From Candidatus Gottesmanbacteria bacterium (GTDB lineage Bacteria; Patescibacteriota; Microgenomatia; UBA10105; UBA927): 64,000 nucleotides of DNA. Positions 10,100-19,518 of this stretch are shown piece after piece (position 1 is the stretch's first letter; the number at the start of each line of letters is the position of its first letter). The stretch is from positions 121,368 through 185,367 of the forward strand of contig JAHFKN010000003.1 of assembly GCA_023245355.1 (NCBI GenBank), in the 5' to 3' direction. Made by a program: the position numbers and the translations under genes. The notes beneath the pieces were generated by a model, which was not told the origin of the DNA, made no database searches, and saw nothing but the letters and a program-made list of their open reading frames with translations.

Positions 10100-10836
10100 T
10101 GGACACAATAATAACACTTGATTCGGTGACCAAAACGTTTCGCGAAGGGCGAAAACTTGTTACGGCTGTAGAAAATATTTCCCTTGAGATTGCACGGGGT
10201 GAGTTCTTCGTATTTCTGGGGCCGTCAGGATCAGGGAAGTCGACGATACTCCGCATTATGAGCGGGCTGGAAAAGTCCTATCACGGAGCGGTCCGTTTAG
10301 CGCCGGAGATAGACCGCAACGACATCAGCTTTGTTTTCCAGCAGTTTGCGCTGTGGCCGTGGCTTACCGTATATGACAATATCGGTATCGGATTGGTGGC
10401 CAGGCATGCGCCGGCTCCGCTTATCCGCGAACGTGTCGGACGCGAACTTGAACGGTTCGGGCTCGCAAAATTTGCCCGGTCGTTTCCCCGTGAACTCTCG
10501 GGCGGTATGCGCCAGCGGGTAGGTATCGCCCGTGCACTCGCAACGGATCCCAAAATTATTTTTATGGACGAAGCATTCAGTGAGTTGGATTCATTTACTG
10601 CCGCGGCACTGCGGCGGGATATTTTAGAAATCTGGAATCAGACCAAACCGACCATCATCATGGTATCTCATCTTATTCCGGAAGCGCTCGAACTTGCCGA
10701 CAGAATAGCGGTGCTTACTGTACACCCCGGCAGATTAGAGAAGATCGTACGTAACACGCTCCCGCGGCCCCGGGCAAAGCGGTCAAAAGAATTTTTTGCG
10801 CTTGAGGACCACCTGTATTCGCTGGTGTCGCCGTAA
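10099..10836 (+). CDS. ABC transporter ATP-binding protein (NitT/TauT family)
   Basis: GPSGSGKS, LSGGMRQR, FMDEAF, VSH; TAATG coupling to the permease. Confidence 0.92.
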   Translation: MDTIITLDSVTKTFREGRKLVTAVENISLEIARGEFFVFLGPSGSGKSTILRIMSGLEKSYHGAVRLAPEIDRNDISFVFQQFALWPWLTVYDNIGIGLVARHAPAPLIRERVGRELERFGLAKFARSFPRELSGGMRQRVGIARALATDPKIIFMDEAFSELDSFTAAALRRDILEIWNQTKPTIIMVSHLIPEALELADRIAVLTVHPGRLEKIVRNTLPRPRAKRSKEFFALEDHLYSLVSP

Positions 10837-10895
10837 TACCGTCCGGTACGTTTCATTCTTGACACGGTGCGGTTCTCTTTTGGTATAAATATTGT

Positions 10896-11873
10896 ATGGC
10901 TAAAAAGAAAAAATCCGTACGCACCAGTGCCCGAAAACCGGTAATCCGCACCAAAAAAGACCGGTGGGACATCAAGAGGATTTTTTTGCCGCTCGGGTTT
11001 GCGGCGTTGGCACTGCTGGCTGGTTCGCAGCTTACGTATACTCAGAATTTTCAAAGCAACGTACTGGGCGATGAAGACAGCACATCCGGGCGCCGGGAAA
11101 CGGAAGCCGCCAAACAGCAGGAAGAGCAGCAAAAAGAAGCCGCCAAACAGCAGGAAGAACAAATCAAAGAATCTTCACAAATCTCCGGCAGCAGCGGCAC
11201 GATAACCCAGCGTAATGAAACCGAGACGGAAACAAGAGACGGCGTGAAGGTAAAAACAAAAGTCGAAGATAACGGAGCCGTCAAAGTAGAGGCGGAATCA
11301 GAAGACGTGCATTTTAATTTTCAGGAAGAAAACGGAGAATTGAAGCTTCATGTAGAAACAGAAGACGGGAAAGAGATTACCACACGCGAACATCTCAAGG
11401 AGCGGGATGAACTGGAGCAGGAACTGGAAGATGAGGACATAAACATATCCAGTGAGGCGGGAGAAATGGAAATCGAGCATAACGCAGTACGTGCGAGGTT
11501 CGGATTCCCACTGTCGATCGATCCGGTGACACGCGATCTTATCGTGACAACGCCCGCCGGCGAGCGGACTGTTGCGGTATTGCCGGATGAAGCGATGCGC
11601 AGGCTTTTTGCATCAGGAAAACTTACGCCGGTCGCTTCCGGTTCTGCGTTGCCACAGGACGCAAGTAGCTCGGGAACCCTGGCAAATTCCATTGAGCTTA
11701 CGCTGAAAAACGGCAATCTGGTCTACGAGGTGAACGGCGAAAAACACGAGAAGTTTCTTGGGGTAGTGCCGGTTACGTTTAACCGCAAAGTTACGGTATC
11801 AGCGCTTAGCGGAGAAGTATTGTCGGAGACACAATCCATTCTCGATACCATATTGGCCCTCCTCTCGTTCTGA
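10896..11873 (+). CDS. Membrane-anchored, acidic extracellular hypothetical protein
   Basis: Basic N-terminus, one TM, VLG motif, E/K-rich body, C-terminal KFLGVVPV..VSALSGE; TTGACA/TATAAA promoter upstream. Confidence 0.8.
   Translation: MAKKKKSVRTSARKPVIRTKKDRWDIKRIFLPLGFAALALLAGSQLTYTQNFQSNVLGDEDSTSGRRETEAAKQQEEQQKEAAKQQEEQIKESSQISGSSGTITQRNETETETRDGVKVKTKVEDNGAVKVEAESEDVHFNFQEENGELKLHVETEDGKEITTREHLKERDELEQELEDEDINISSEAGEMEIEHNAVRARFGFPLSIDPVTRDLIVTTPAGERTVAVLPDEAMRRLFASGKLTPVASGSALPQDASSSGTLANSIELTLKNGNLVYEVNGEKHEKFLGVVPVTFNRKVTVSALSGEVLSETQSILDTILALLSF
11103..11158 (+). repeat. Intragenic direct repeat, 2 x 23 bp, 33-nt period
   Basis: GAAGCCGCCAAACAGCAGGAAGA at 11103-11125 and 11136-11158 (EAAKQQEE twice). 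Confidence 0.9.
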
Positions 11874-11909
11874 TGGAGTACCCTCATGCTGACGGTGTAT
11901 CATGTAGGT

Positions 11910-12290
11910 ATGAATTCTTATGCTGATGTGCTGCGTTCTTTCGGAGGCAAGCTGCATGTTTCCTCACCTCTTAAGCGCTATGTTACCAGGGTAGTGGCGA
12001 AGTTGCCGGAAGAGATACGGACCCATATTACGTCCGATTGTTGGTTCCTGGGAAGCAGGGAAGATGCATGGGCGTATACGTTTACCGGTGATGAACTGGC
12101 AGGGAAGCACCTCATCATTTTAAGTGATGAACTGAGCCGCCAGTCCGATACCGATATCGAGTGGACGATCATGCATGAGATCGGGCATGTCATATTGGGT
12201 CACCGTAACTCCATTTTAGTTACACAGTCGAGGAAAGAAATCGCCCGTCAGGAGAAGGAAGCAGACGCGTTCGCACGCACATACGTATGA
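11910..12290 (+). CDS. Small HEXXH zinc metallopeptidase (ImmA/IrrE-like)
   Basis: TIMHEIGHVILGH and downstream EKEADAFA; start ATG 11910, 6 nt after TATCAT. Confidence 0.8.
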   Translation: MNSYADVLRSFGGKLHVSSPLKRYVTRVVAKLPEEIRTHITSDCWFLGSREDAWAYTFTGDELAGKHLIILSDELSRQSDTDIEWTIMHEIGHVILGHRNSILVTQSRKEIARQEKEADAFARTYV

Positions 12291-13003
12291 AACGGATTGC
12301 GGTTATAGAGGAGTTGCAAAAACATAAGAATCCCGACAGAGCGGTGCTCTTGTCGCGCTATTTCAAAACGGGCAAAGGAGAGTATGCACAGGGAGATATA
12401 TTTTTGGGGCTGACGGTTCCGTTGCAGCGGCAGATTGCCAAAACGTATCGCAGTCTGGCTCTCTCCGATATAGAAACGCTTCTTACCAGTGCCATTCATG
12501 AATACCGTTTAACCGCGCTTATTATTCTTACTCTGCAGTTTAGTGCGTCCGCACCGGTACGGCAGAAAGAACTTTACGATTTTTACCTTGCGCATACAGA
12601 CTATATAAATAACTGGGATCTCGTCGATCTGTCTGCCCCCAGAATTATCGGCGGGTTTCTGTTGGAGAGAAAACCGAAGCGGCGGGTCCTTTACCGGCTT
12701 GCGAAGTCGGAAGTTCTTTGGGAACGGAGGATTGCGGTCATGGCGACGTTTCCGTTTTTGCGGGCAGGGGATTTTGCCGATACGTTTGCTATTTCAACGA
12801 TACTTATTCATGATTCTCACGATCTTATCCATAAAGCGGTCGGATGGATGCTCCGGGAAGCGGGCAAGGTAAATCAGTCAGCGGAGGAAGTCTTTTTAGA
12901 AAAATACAGCAGCACCATGCCGCGTACCATGCTCCGGTATGCGATTGAGAAGTTTTCCGACGATAAGCGGGCATACTACCTGTCGCGCCGCAGCGCCTTG
13001 TAG
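12287..13003 (+). CDS. alkD: DNA alkylation repair glycosylase (AlkD-like HEAT-repeat family)
   Basis: YFKTGKGEY, INNWDLVD, WERRIA, DLIHKAVGWMLRE, MPRTMLRYAIE. Confidence 0.88.
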   Translation: MKRIAVIEELQKHKNPDRAVLLSRYFKTGKGEYAQGDIFLGLTVPLQRQIAKTYRSLALSDIETLLTSAIHEYRLTALIILTLQFSASAPVRQKELYDFYLAHTDYINNWDLVDLSAPRIIGGFLLERKPKRRVLYRLAKSEVLWERRIAVMATFPFLRAGDFADTFAISTILIHDSHDLIHKAVGWMLREAGKVNQSAEEVFLEKYSSTMPRTMLRYAIEKFSDDKRAYYLSRRSAL

Positions 13004-13117
13004 GGAGTGTTTTTCCCGCCGGAAGCATTCATTGCCGGAAGCGAAATGTCAGCGGGAGGAACGCAGGATTCAGAAATCATTCTTGTTTCATCCTCTGTAA
13101 TTAGCTATACTTCGTGC

Positions 13118-13687
13118 ATGATTTTGTCTGACCGGGATATCACCAATGCGCTCCGCACAGGGAGAATTACCATAAGTCCCAAGATTGATAGTAAGACGCA
13201 GCTTGGTTCATGTTCCGTTGATTTGCGGTTAGGTAAACAGTTTCGTATTTTTAACCACAGCAAGTTTGCCTATATTGACCCCAATAACCCGAAGTTATCA
13301 ACCGACATGATGGCGGAAGTCAAAATCAAAGACGGCGAGCCGTTTATCCTGCAGCCCGGTGATTTTGTCCTCGCGACAACCATGGAAACCGTAACGCTTC
13401 CCAATGACTTAGTAGGCAGACTCGAGGGCCGTTCCAGTCTCGGGAGATTGGGAATCGTCGTGCATTCGACCGCGTCAATTTTTGACCCCGGATGGCAGGG
13501 AATGGTCGTTATGGAACTGGGAAACATGGGTCGTATGCCGGTAGCCTTATACCCGGGCATGCGGATTTGCAGCATGACGTTTGAAGAATTATCATCTCCT
13601 GCCCAGGTGCCGTATTCCAAAAAAAGGGCGGCAAAATATATCGGGCAAAACACTCCGTTAGCCAGTAAAATTACTCAGGACAAATAA
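13118..13687 (+). CDS. dcd: dCTP deaminase
   Basis: MILSDRDI, SVDLRLG, EGRSSLGRLG, DPGWQG, LYPGMRIC; start ATG 13118. Confidence 0.95.
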   Translation: MILSDRDITNALRTGRITISPKIDSKTQLGSCSVDLRLGKQFRIFNHSKFAYIDPNNPKLSTDMMAEVKIKDGEPFILQPGDFVLATTMETVTLPNDLVGRLEGRSSLGRLGIVVHSTASIFDPGWQGMVVMELGNMGRMPVALYPGMRICSMTFEELSSPAQVPYSKKRAAKYIGQNTPLASKITQDK

Positions 13688-15216
13688 TGGATTGGCCAAT
13701 TCTGTATAAGCAGGTATTGCATGTCAAAGACCCCGCAAATCCCGTCGGGGTTGCCATCATGTGGACGGAACGTCAGGTGGTCGCCGACATGCTCAAAGAC
13801 GAGAACTACTGCGCTATCGGCAACCTGTATTCGTCTGCCGGAATATCCGCCATGATCCGCAATGTGTATGCCAATCCGCATGTGCGGAAAATCATACTGT
13901 GGGGCGCGGATCTTTCCCGAAGCGGCCAGGCTCTTATGGCACTTATGGCAAACGGAGTCGATGAAAACTTTTTTATCATCGGAGATGAAAAGGGCGGCCA
14001 GATAGAAAAAGAAATCGGCCGCGAAGCGATTGATCTGTTCCGCTCTTCCGTCGAGGTGATTAACCTGCGCGGCAAGTCGCCGGATGAACTCCGGAAAACG
14101 GTGGCAAAATACAGCGGTGAAACGCCGGTGCCGTTTACGGAGTCCAAAAAATTCCCGACCAGCAGGCCCAAGCCGTTTACCTTTCCCTCAGAACAAATCG
14201 GATTCCGTATTCACGGTAACACGGCGGCCCAGACCTGGCTTAAGATTCTTCACAATATTATCCGGTACGGCCGTAATAAAACGACGCGATATACGCAGGA
14301 AAACGAACTGAAGGAGTTGTTGAACGTGATGGCGGTCGTGTACGAAGAAGATCCGGAAAAGCCCTACCTTCCGAAGTTTTTTCCGTTTTCCGAAAAGGAT
14401 CTTGCCTCCTATTACCCGCAGGTGCTCTCTGCCAAACAAATTCCCGGCATAGCGTATACGTACGGGCAGCGGCTCCGTGATCATGACGGCATAGATCAGA
14501 TTCAGAATATTATCGACTTAATCAAAAACCGGCCGTTCAGTAAAAAAATGGTCGCGTTTACGGCAAAAATCAAAGAGGATTGGTCGGTGGTCAATAAAGG
14601 CGACACGCCGTGTCTTACACAAATTCTCTGCAGCATTCAGGACGGAAAACTGTTTATGACGACGCATTTCCGGAGCCAGGATATGGTGCACGGCTGGCCG
14701 CGCAACGTATTCAGTCTGCGCAAACTCCAGAAACTTATCTGTGACGAATCCGGGGTTCCCATGGGTGCATTCGTCATGATTACGCATAGTGCGCACATAT
14801 ACAGTGATGATTATGAGCTGGTAGAAAAAATCCTCAAGGAAAATTATGAAAAAGAATTAGGCTACACCAGCCGCCAGATGTTCGAAGATGATCCGCGTGG
14901 CAATATCACGATTGAGATAGAAGAAATAGGGACGAAACCGGTCGGACGGCCGACGAAGTATGCGGTGAAACCGACAGATAAAGAGTATGAAATCGTGCTG
15001 AAAATGTATGCGCCCAACGGCGGATTGTTGCTCAAAGAATGGCGCGGTAAAACGGCAATGGATATATATATTGATCTTATCAATATCGGCGACTATCTCG
15101 TATTACCGAGCCACGCTATATACATAGGCAGCGAGTTGCAGCGAGCGGAATACTATATCAAGCTCGGTATTGCGGAACTATTCAACCAGGATCCTGCGGC
15201 CAACAAGGCCCTGTAA
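13687..15216 (+). CDS. thyA: Thymidylate synthase (archaeal-type ThyA) fused to N-terminal MtrA-like and C-terminal DUF4346-like domains
   Basis: TS motifs YTYGQRLR, DQI, PC (catalytic Cys), FRSQD, GWPRN, SAHIY. N-terminus GNLYS..GIS..IRN..ANP..R..ILWG..SGQAL..NGV resembles MtrA. C-terminus DPRG...GKTA...HAIYIGSELQRAE...QD resembles DUF4346. TAATG-coupled to dcd. Confidence 0.85.
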   Translation: MDWPILYKQVLHVKDPANPVGVAIMWTERQVVADMLKDENYCAIGNLYSSAGISAMIRNVYANPHVRKIILWGADLSRSGQALMALMANGVDENFFIIGDEKGGQIEKEIGREAIDLFRSSVEVINLRGKSPDELRKTVAKYSGETPVPFTESKKFPTSRPKPFTFPSEQIGFRIHGNTAAQTWLKILHNIIRYGRNKTTRYTQENELKELLNVMAVVYEEDPEKPYLPKFFPFSEKDLASYYPQVLSAKQIPGIAYTYGQRLRDHDGIDQIQNIIDLIKNRPFSKKMVAFTAKIKEDWSVVNKGDTPCLTQILCSIQDGKLFMTTHFRSQDMVHGWPRNVFSLRKLQKLICDESGVPMGAFVMITHSAHIYSDDYELVEKILKENYEKELGYTSRQMFEDDPRGNITIEIEEIGTKPVGRPTKYAVKPTDKEYEIVLKMYAPNGGLLLKEWRGKTAMDIYIDLINIGDYLVLPSHAIYIGSELQRAEYYIKLGIAELFNQDPAANKAL

Positions 15217-15259
15217 TTTTGTTGACTTTCTTTTGTCCGGTACCCCATACTGGACTTTG

Positions 15260-16036
15260 ATGTTTGATTACCTTCTGGGATTGATATTGTTAGGATTTGG
15301 AATCCGCAGTCACCCTGCTGTATTGGGAGAGACGGATGTTACCGTTGAATCGAGCGCGTCCGCCGATGCAAGTACGAGTGCCCGCCGGAAAACGGCTGGT
15401 GCTCTGCGGGTTATGCGTCCTAAATTTACTGCGGAAGAACAGGAAGCGTTTCAGAAAGAGCGCGCGAAGCGTGAAGAGAACTTAGAGCGCATAGGAAAGC
15501 TGCGTATAGAGTCGCTTCATGCGGATTTTGCGGCAAAGCAAAAGGCCAGAAGTGAGAAAGATAAAACGACCAAATCCGCACTGGAAGCAAAAGTGAAAGC
15601 ATTTACGGACCAGAAGAAGAAAGAAAAACTGCTGGCACTTTCCGGAAAATATCAGACATCGGTAGTCGCTCGGCTTGCCGTAATGCAGCAGAAACTGGAG
15701 TCTATGACGGTATTACTGGACAGGATTACCGCGGCAGCTGGCGCGCTCAAAGTTCAGGGGAAGGATGTGTCCGTCATCGAATCCCACGTAAGCAGCGCTC
15801 AGGCAAAAGTTGCGAGCGCCATAACTGCAGTTACTGATCTTGCGTCCGCTACGCCGACGTCATTTTCGATAGCGACGGAAGCCAGCGCGAAAGGAGACGT
15901 GATGAAAGCGATAGAAACCCTCAAGTCCCAGCTTGAGCCGGCAAACACGGCATTTGCTCAGGCGCATGAAGCGGTCAAACTGGCGCTTGAGGGTATAGAG
16001 GAATATACCGACGCTACAGAGGAGGCAGCGAAATGA
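15260..16036 (+). CDS. Secreted/anchored coiled-coil hypothetical protein
   Basis: Hydrophobic N-terminus, AVLG motif, A/K/E-rich helices; start ATG 15260. Confidence 0.75.
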   Translation: MFDYLLGLILLGFGIRSHPAVLGETDVTVESSASADASTSARRKTAGALRVMRPKFTAEEQEAFQKERAKREENLERIGKLRIESLHADFAAKQKARSEKDKTTKSALEAKVKAFTDQKKKEKLLALSGKYQTSVVARLAVMQQKLESMTVLLDRITAAAGALKVQGKDVSVIESHVSSAQAKVASAITAVTDLASATPTSFSIATEASAKGDVMKAIETLKSQLEPANTAFAQAHEAVKLALEGIEEYTDATEEAAK

Positions 16037-16323
16037 AATCATCGCCGTTTGTCATCATTATTCCGGTCGTTGTAGCACTCCTTGTTGTTTTGGGAGTCGT
16101 CGGATTTGCCTATATATCCGCACCTGCAAAACAAACCACTGTTGTCGGTGTACTTCCTACACCGGCTATCCCGAAACTCCGGGAAGCAGGGAAGCCGCAG
16201 GTGGGTTTTGACACGATTCAGTCGACGCAGCCGGTATCGGATTTACGGAAAGCGCTTGAGAGCGCCGGTGACACGGGATTTTCGGATCTGGAAAGCCTGG
16301 CGGCAGATGCAGCCGCATTATGA
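16033..16323 (+). CDS. Small single-TM hypothetical protein
   Basis: ATGA overlap with upstream gene; N-terminal TM. Confidence 0.7.
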   Translation: MKSSPFVIIIPVVVALLVVLGVVGFAYISAPAKQTTVVGVLPTPAIPKLREAGKPQVGFDTIQSTQPVSDLRKALESAGDTGFSDLESLAADAAAL

Positions 16324-17553
16324 CGCAGCAGCCGTGTACACCTTGCTGACGCGTTCTGCAATCGTATCCCAGTCAAACATGCGTATCGCTTCCGTCGTTG
16401 CCGGAACATGAGGCGCTCCATCGAGGACATGCTTGATTTGCTCCGCGAGAGCCAGCGGGTTATTCGCGCTTACGATATGTCCCTGGGGAAGCTCTTTGAG
16501 TATCGGGGAGATTCCCGTAACGTCGGTTGCAATCACCTGTGTGCCGCAGGCAATCGCTTCAAGTGCTACCATACCGAACGATTCATAATGGCTAGGCATA
16601 ACCAGCACATCCGCGGCGCTGTAATAATACGGCAGTTCTTCCTGAGGTTGCGGGCCTACGAATTTTACCGTCGCAGAAAGGCGCAGTGTTTTCCGCAGGT
16701 GGTCAAGTTTCTTAAGCTCGCGGGACCACTCATTTTGGTTTTGTCCCACATCTCCGCCGACAATCCACAGACAGAGACGGTCCGAGTAACCGGGATATTT
16801 ACGAAGCAGCATCTTGAGTGATACCAGCAGAACATCAAATCCTTTGACCGGATCAATCCGACCGACAGCGAGGATGATTTTATGATGTGTGTCCGCATTG
16901 ATGTGTTTTTTGGCAAGAGAAACCGGTATCGGGCGGAATAAATTCGTGTCTACTCCCGGAGGGATAGTGATGATGTTGTTTTCCGGGGCATCATAGAGTG
17001 CAGCAAGATATTCCTTTCCCGCATCGGAGGAGGTGATGAGAGTATCAGCGTACGTGACAAGGTCCCGCTCCAGCAGGATGCGCTCCGGCGGGTCATCGGT
17101 GTCTTTTGAACGGGCCACCAGCTGTTTCATGAGGCCCAGGGTATGAAATGTCATGATAAGCGGCGTTTCTGTTTGTTGTATTTCATTGAGTAACTTGCCT
17201 ACGATGCCGGAAAGGTAGTAATGCCCGTGCAGCACGTTGTAGGTGAGAGTATGTTGCCGGATATACGCTGCGACGTTTCGGGTAAACTCCGGGAGAGTTG
17301 TAAGGATTTCTTTTTTGGAAAGGGGAGTATGTGCGCCGCTTTCGATATGAATCACGCGGAAATTGTCATTGACGACAACTACCCGCGGATTTATGTCATC
17401 CTGTACGCGCGTATAGGCATCGACCTGCCAGCCCAGCCGGGATAGGGCTTTGGAAAGCTCGAACGTATAGACGTTGATGCCGCCGCGCTCCTTTCCCTCA
17501 CTGCTTGCCAGGGGACATTCATGCACCGTGATGATTGCCACGCGTTTATTCAT
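16318..17553 (-). CDS. GT4 glycosyltransferase, MshA-like
   Basis: HECPLA..GGINVY, HGHYYLSG, FHTLG, VGRIDPVKG, PSHYESFGMVALEA. Confidence 0.88.
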   Translation of the reverse strand: MNKRVAIITVHECPLASSEGKERGGINVYTFELSKALSRLGWQVDAYTRVQDDINPRVVVVNDNFRVIHIESGAHTPLSKKEILTTLPEFTRNVAAYIRQHTLTYNVLHGHYYLSGIVGKLLNEIQQTETPLIMTFHTLGLMKQLVARSKDTDDPPERILLERDLVTYADTLITSSDAGKEYLAALYDAPENNIITIPPGVDTNLFRPIPVSLAKKHINADTHHKIILAVGRIDPVKGFDVLLVSLKMLLRKYPGYSDRLCLWIVGGDVGQNQNEWSRELKKLDHLRKTLRLSATVKFVGPQPQEELPYYYSAADVLVMPSHYESFGMVALEAIACGTQVIATDVTGISPILKELPQGHIVSANNPLALAEQIKHVLDGAPHVPATTEAIRMFDWDTIAERVSKVYTAAAS

Positions 17554-17602
17554 ATCTCGGAATACAGTATATTGTACCGCATTTATGAAAAACGATGTTT
17601 TG

Positions 17603-17627
17603 AAAAACCAAGAGCGGAAGCCCCCGG
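17603..17627 (-). terminator. Putative intrinsic terminator after glmS
   Basis: Minus strand CCGGGGGC-TTCC-GCTCTTGG-TTTTT, 4 nt after the stop codon; several G-U pairs. Confidence 0.55.
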
Positions 17628-17631
17628 AGTT

Positions 17632-19440
17632 TCATTTTACGGTGACGCTTTTAGCAAGGTTCCTGGGCATATCCGGATCAAACCCCCGTTCGATCGTAAG
17701 GTAATATGCCAGGAGCTGCGCGACGATCACATTCGGGATAATGGTCGCTTCGCCGACATCCGAAACAGGGATATATTCGTCAAACACCTCGTCCGGTTTA
17801 TGCGATACCCCGATGATGTATCCTCCCCGCGCTTTCATTTCCATGGCATTGGCCAGTGTCGATTGGTAATGCATGTCATTTGCCGCATAAACGATACAGG
17901 GAACGCCTTTGGTCACCAGTGCCAACGGGCCATGTTTCAATTCTCCTGCCGCGACTCCCTCCGCATGGATATAGGAAATTTCCTTTATTTTCAATGCGCT
18001 CTCGAGAGCCGTTGAATAGGAAAGTCCTTTTCCGATCACAAAAATATGTTCGACCGCTTTGAGTTCGTGCGCGATGCGCTTGAGTTGGTCAATCCGTTCA
18101 GGTTTCAAGGCCTCCTTTGCGGCCTTGGCGGCAGATGCGACTAACCGTTGTCCTGTTTTGACATCATTTTTCATGGCATGTGCCATCAGAATGAGCTGTG
18201 CGACCACCGCGGTGAACGCTTTGGTAGATGCAACTCCTTTTTCCGGACCTGCCCCGATCGGGAGTGTCAGGTCTGCCATGCGCCAGAGAGATGACCCCAC
18301 GACATTGACAAGCGACATGACTTTGGTGCCGTTATTTTTTGCGCGTTTGACAACCTCCATAAGGTCCATGGTTTCTCCTGATTGGGAAAGAGCCACGATG
18401 ATACTGCCCGGCGGAAGCAGATCGATATGATGATGCATTTCCGTCGGACTGCTCCAGTTGGTAAGTTTTTGGGCGACAGTGGCAAACAGATATGATGCTG
18501 ATCTGGCTGCATACCCGCTGGTTCCGCTTCCGACGATATATATTCTCGGCGCCGTATTGAGCTCATGAGCCAGTAGCATCGCCTGTTGTGTAGATTCAGC
18601 GGCAATTTCTGACAGCATGCCCGGCTGATCAAAAATTTCCTTAAGCATAAAATACGGAAATGTTCCTTTTTCCGCTTCTTTCGCAGTCCAGGTAAGCTGT
18701 TGTTTGCGCGGGCGGATTCTTCTGCCTGTTTTCGCATCAAATATGTGAATGCCGCCTCTGGAGACGACCGCCATCTCGTTATCTTCCAGATAATGGACTT
18801 GTTTGGTATGCGGCAAAAGGGCTGCCGGATCGCTTGCCAGAAAATTTTCTCCGTTTCCGAAGCCGACTACCAGCGGGGAGCCGTTTCGGGCTGCTACCAT
18901 CTCATCCGCTTGGGTATTAATGAGGATTATGGCGTTTAATCCATCCAGATCATTAAATGCCGCCTGTACCGCTTTTGAAAACGCGGGAGCCGCGTCCCGC
19001 GCGGATACGGTAAACCGCTTGAGATACTCTTCTACCAGATGGGCGATCACCTCACTGTCTGTCTCCGAAACGAAACGGTGCCCCTTTTTTATCAGTCCTG
19101 CCTTGAGGGTTTCGTAATTTTCTACGATACCGTTATGAATCACGGCAATAGTGCCCGTACAATCCAGATGGGGATGGGCGTTTATATCCGTAACTCCGCC
19201 GTGCGTTGCCCAACGCGTGTGACCGAATGCAAGCGTGCCGCTAGGCAACTCTGTAACCGTTGCATTGCCGATTTTTCCTGCTTTCTTTTTTACGACAATG
19301 GTTTGTTTGCCGCTCTGTTGTACGGGAACCACAGCAACACCCCAGCTGTCATAGCCGCGGTATTCGAGCGCCTTAAGTCCGTCGAGAACAATTGTCGGAG
19401 CTGTTTTTTGCTTGCCGATATATCCGAAAATGCCGCACAT
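17632..19440 (-). CDS. glmS: Glutamine-fructose-6-phosphate aminotransferase (isomerizing)
   Basis: MCGI, LEYRGYDS, GHTRWATHG, HNGIVEN, SQSGET, ELKHGP, PRNLAKSVTV; AGGAGG SD. Confidence 0.98.
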   Translation of the reverse strand: MCGIFGYIGKQKTAPTIVLDGLKALEYRGYDSWGVAVVPVQQSGKQTIVVKKKAGKIGNATVTELPSGTLAFGHTRWATHGGVTDINAHPHLDCTGTIAVIHNGIVENYETLKAGLIKKGHRFVSETDSEVIAHLVEEYLKRFTVSARDAAPAFSKAVQAAFNDLDGLNAIILINTQADEMVAARNGSPLVVGFGNGENFLASDPAALLPHTKQVHYLEDNEMAVVSRGGIHIFDAKTGRRIRPRKQQLTWTAKEAEKGTFPYFMLKEIFDQPGMLSEIAAESTQQAMLLAHELNTAPRIYIVGSGTSGYAARSASYLFATVAQKLTNWSSPTEMHHHIDLLPPGSIIVALSQSGETMDLMEVVKRAKNNGTKVMSLVNVVGSSLWRMADLTLPIGAGPEKGVASTKAFTAVVAQLILMAHAMKNDVKTGQRLVASAAKAAKEALKPERIDQLKRIAHELKAVEHIFVIGKGLSYSTALESALKIKEISYIHAEGVAAGELKHGPLALVTKGVPCIVYAANDMHYQSTLANAMEMKARGGYIIGVSHKPDEVFDEYIPVSDVGEATIIPNVIVAQLLAYYLTIERGFDPDMPRNLAKSVTVK

Positions 19441-19518
19441 AGTGCCTCCTTACAGAGCATGGGTACCACGCTCACGTGTTATAGAAAAATTTGAGTTTGT
19501 TGTATCAGAAGAGATGCG

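Noticed and set aside
11103-11158. Direct repeat as CRISPR or att site
   Set aside because: Two in-frame copies with a 10-nt spacer inside a coding region; no cas or integrase genes.
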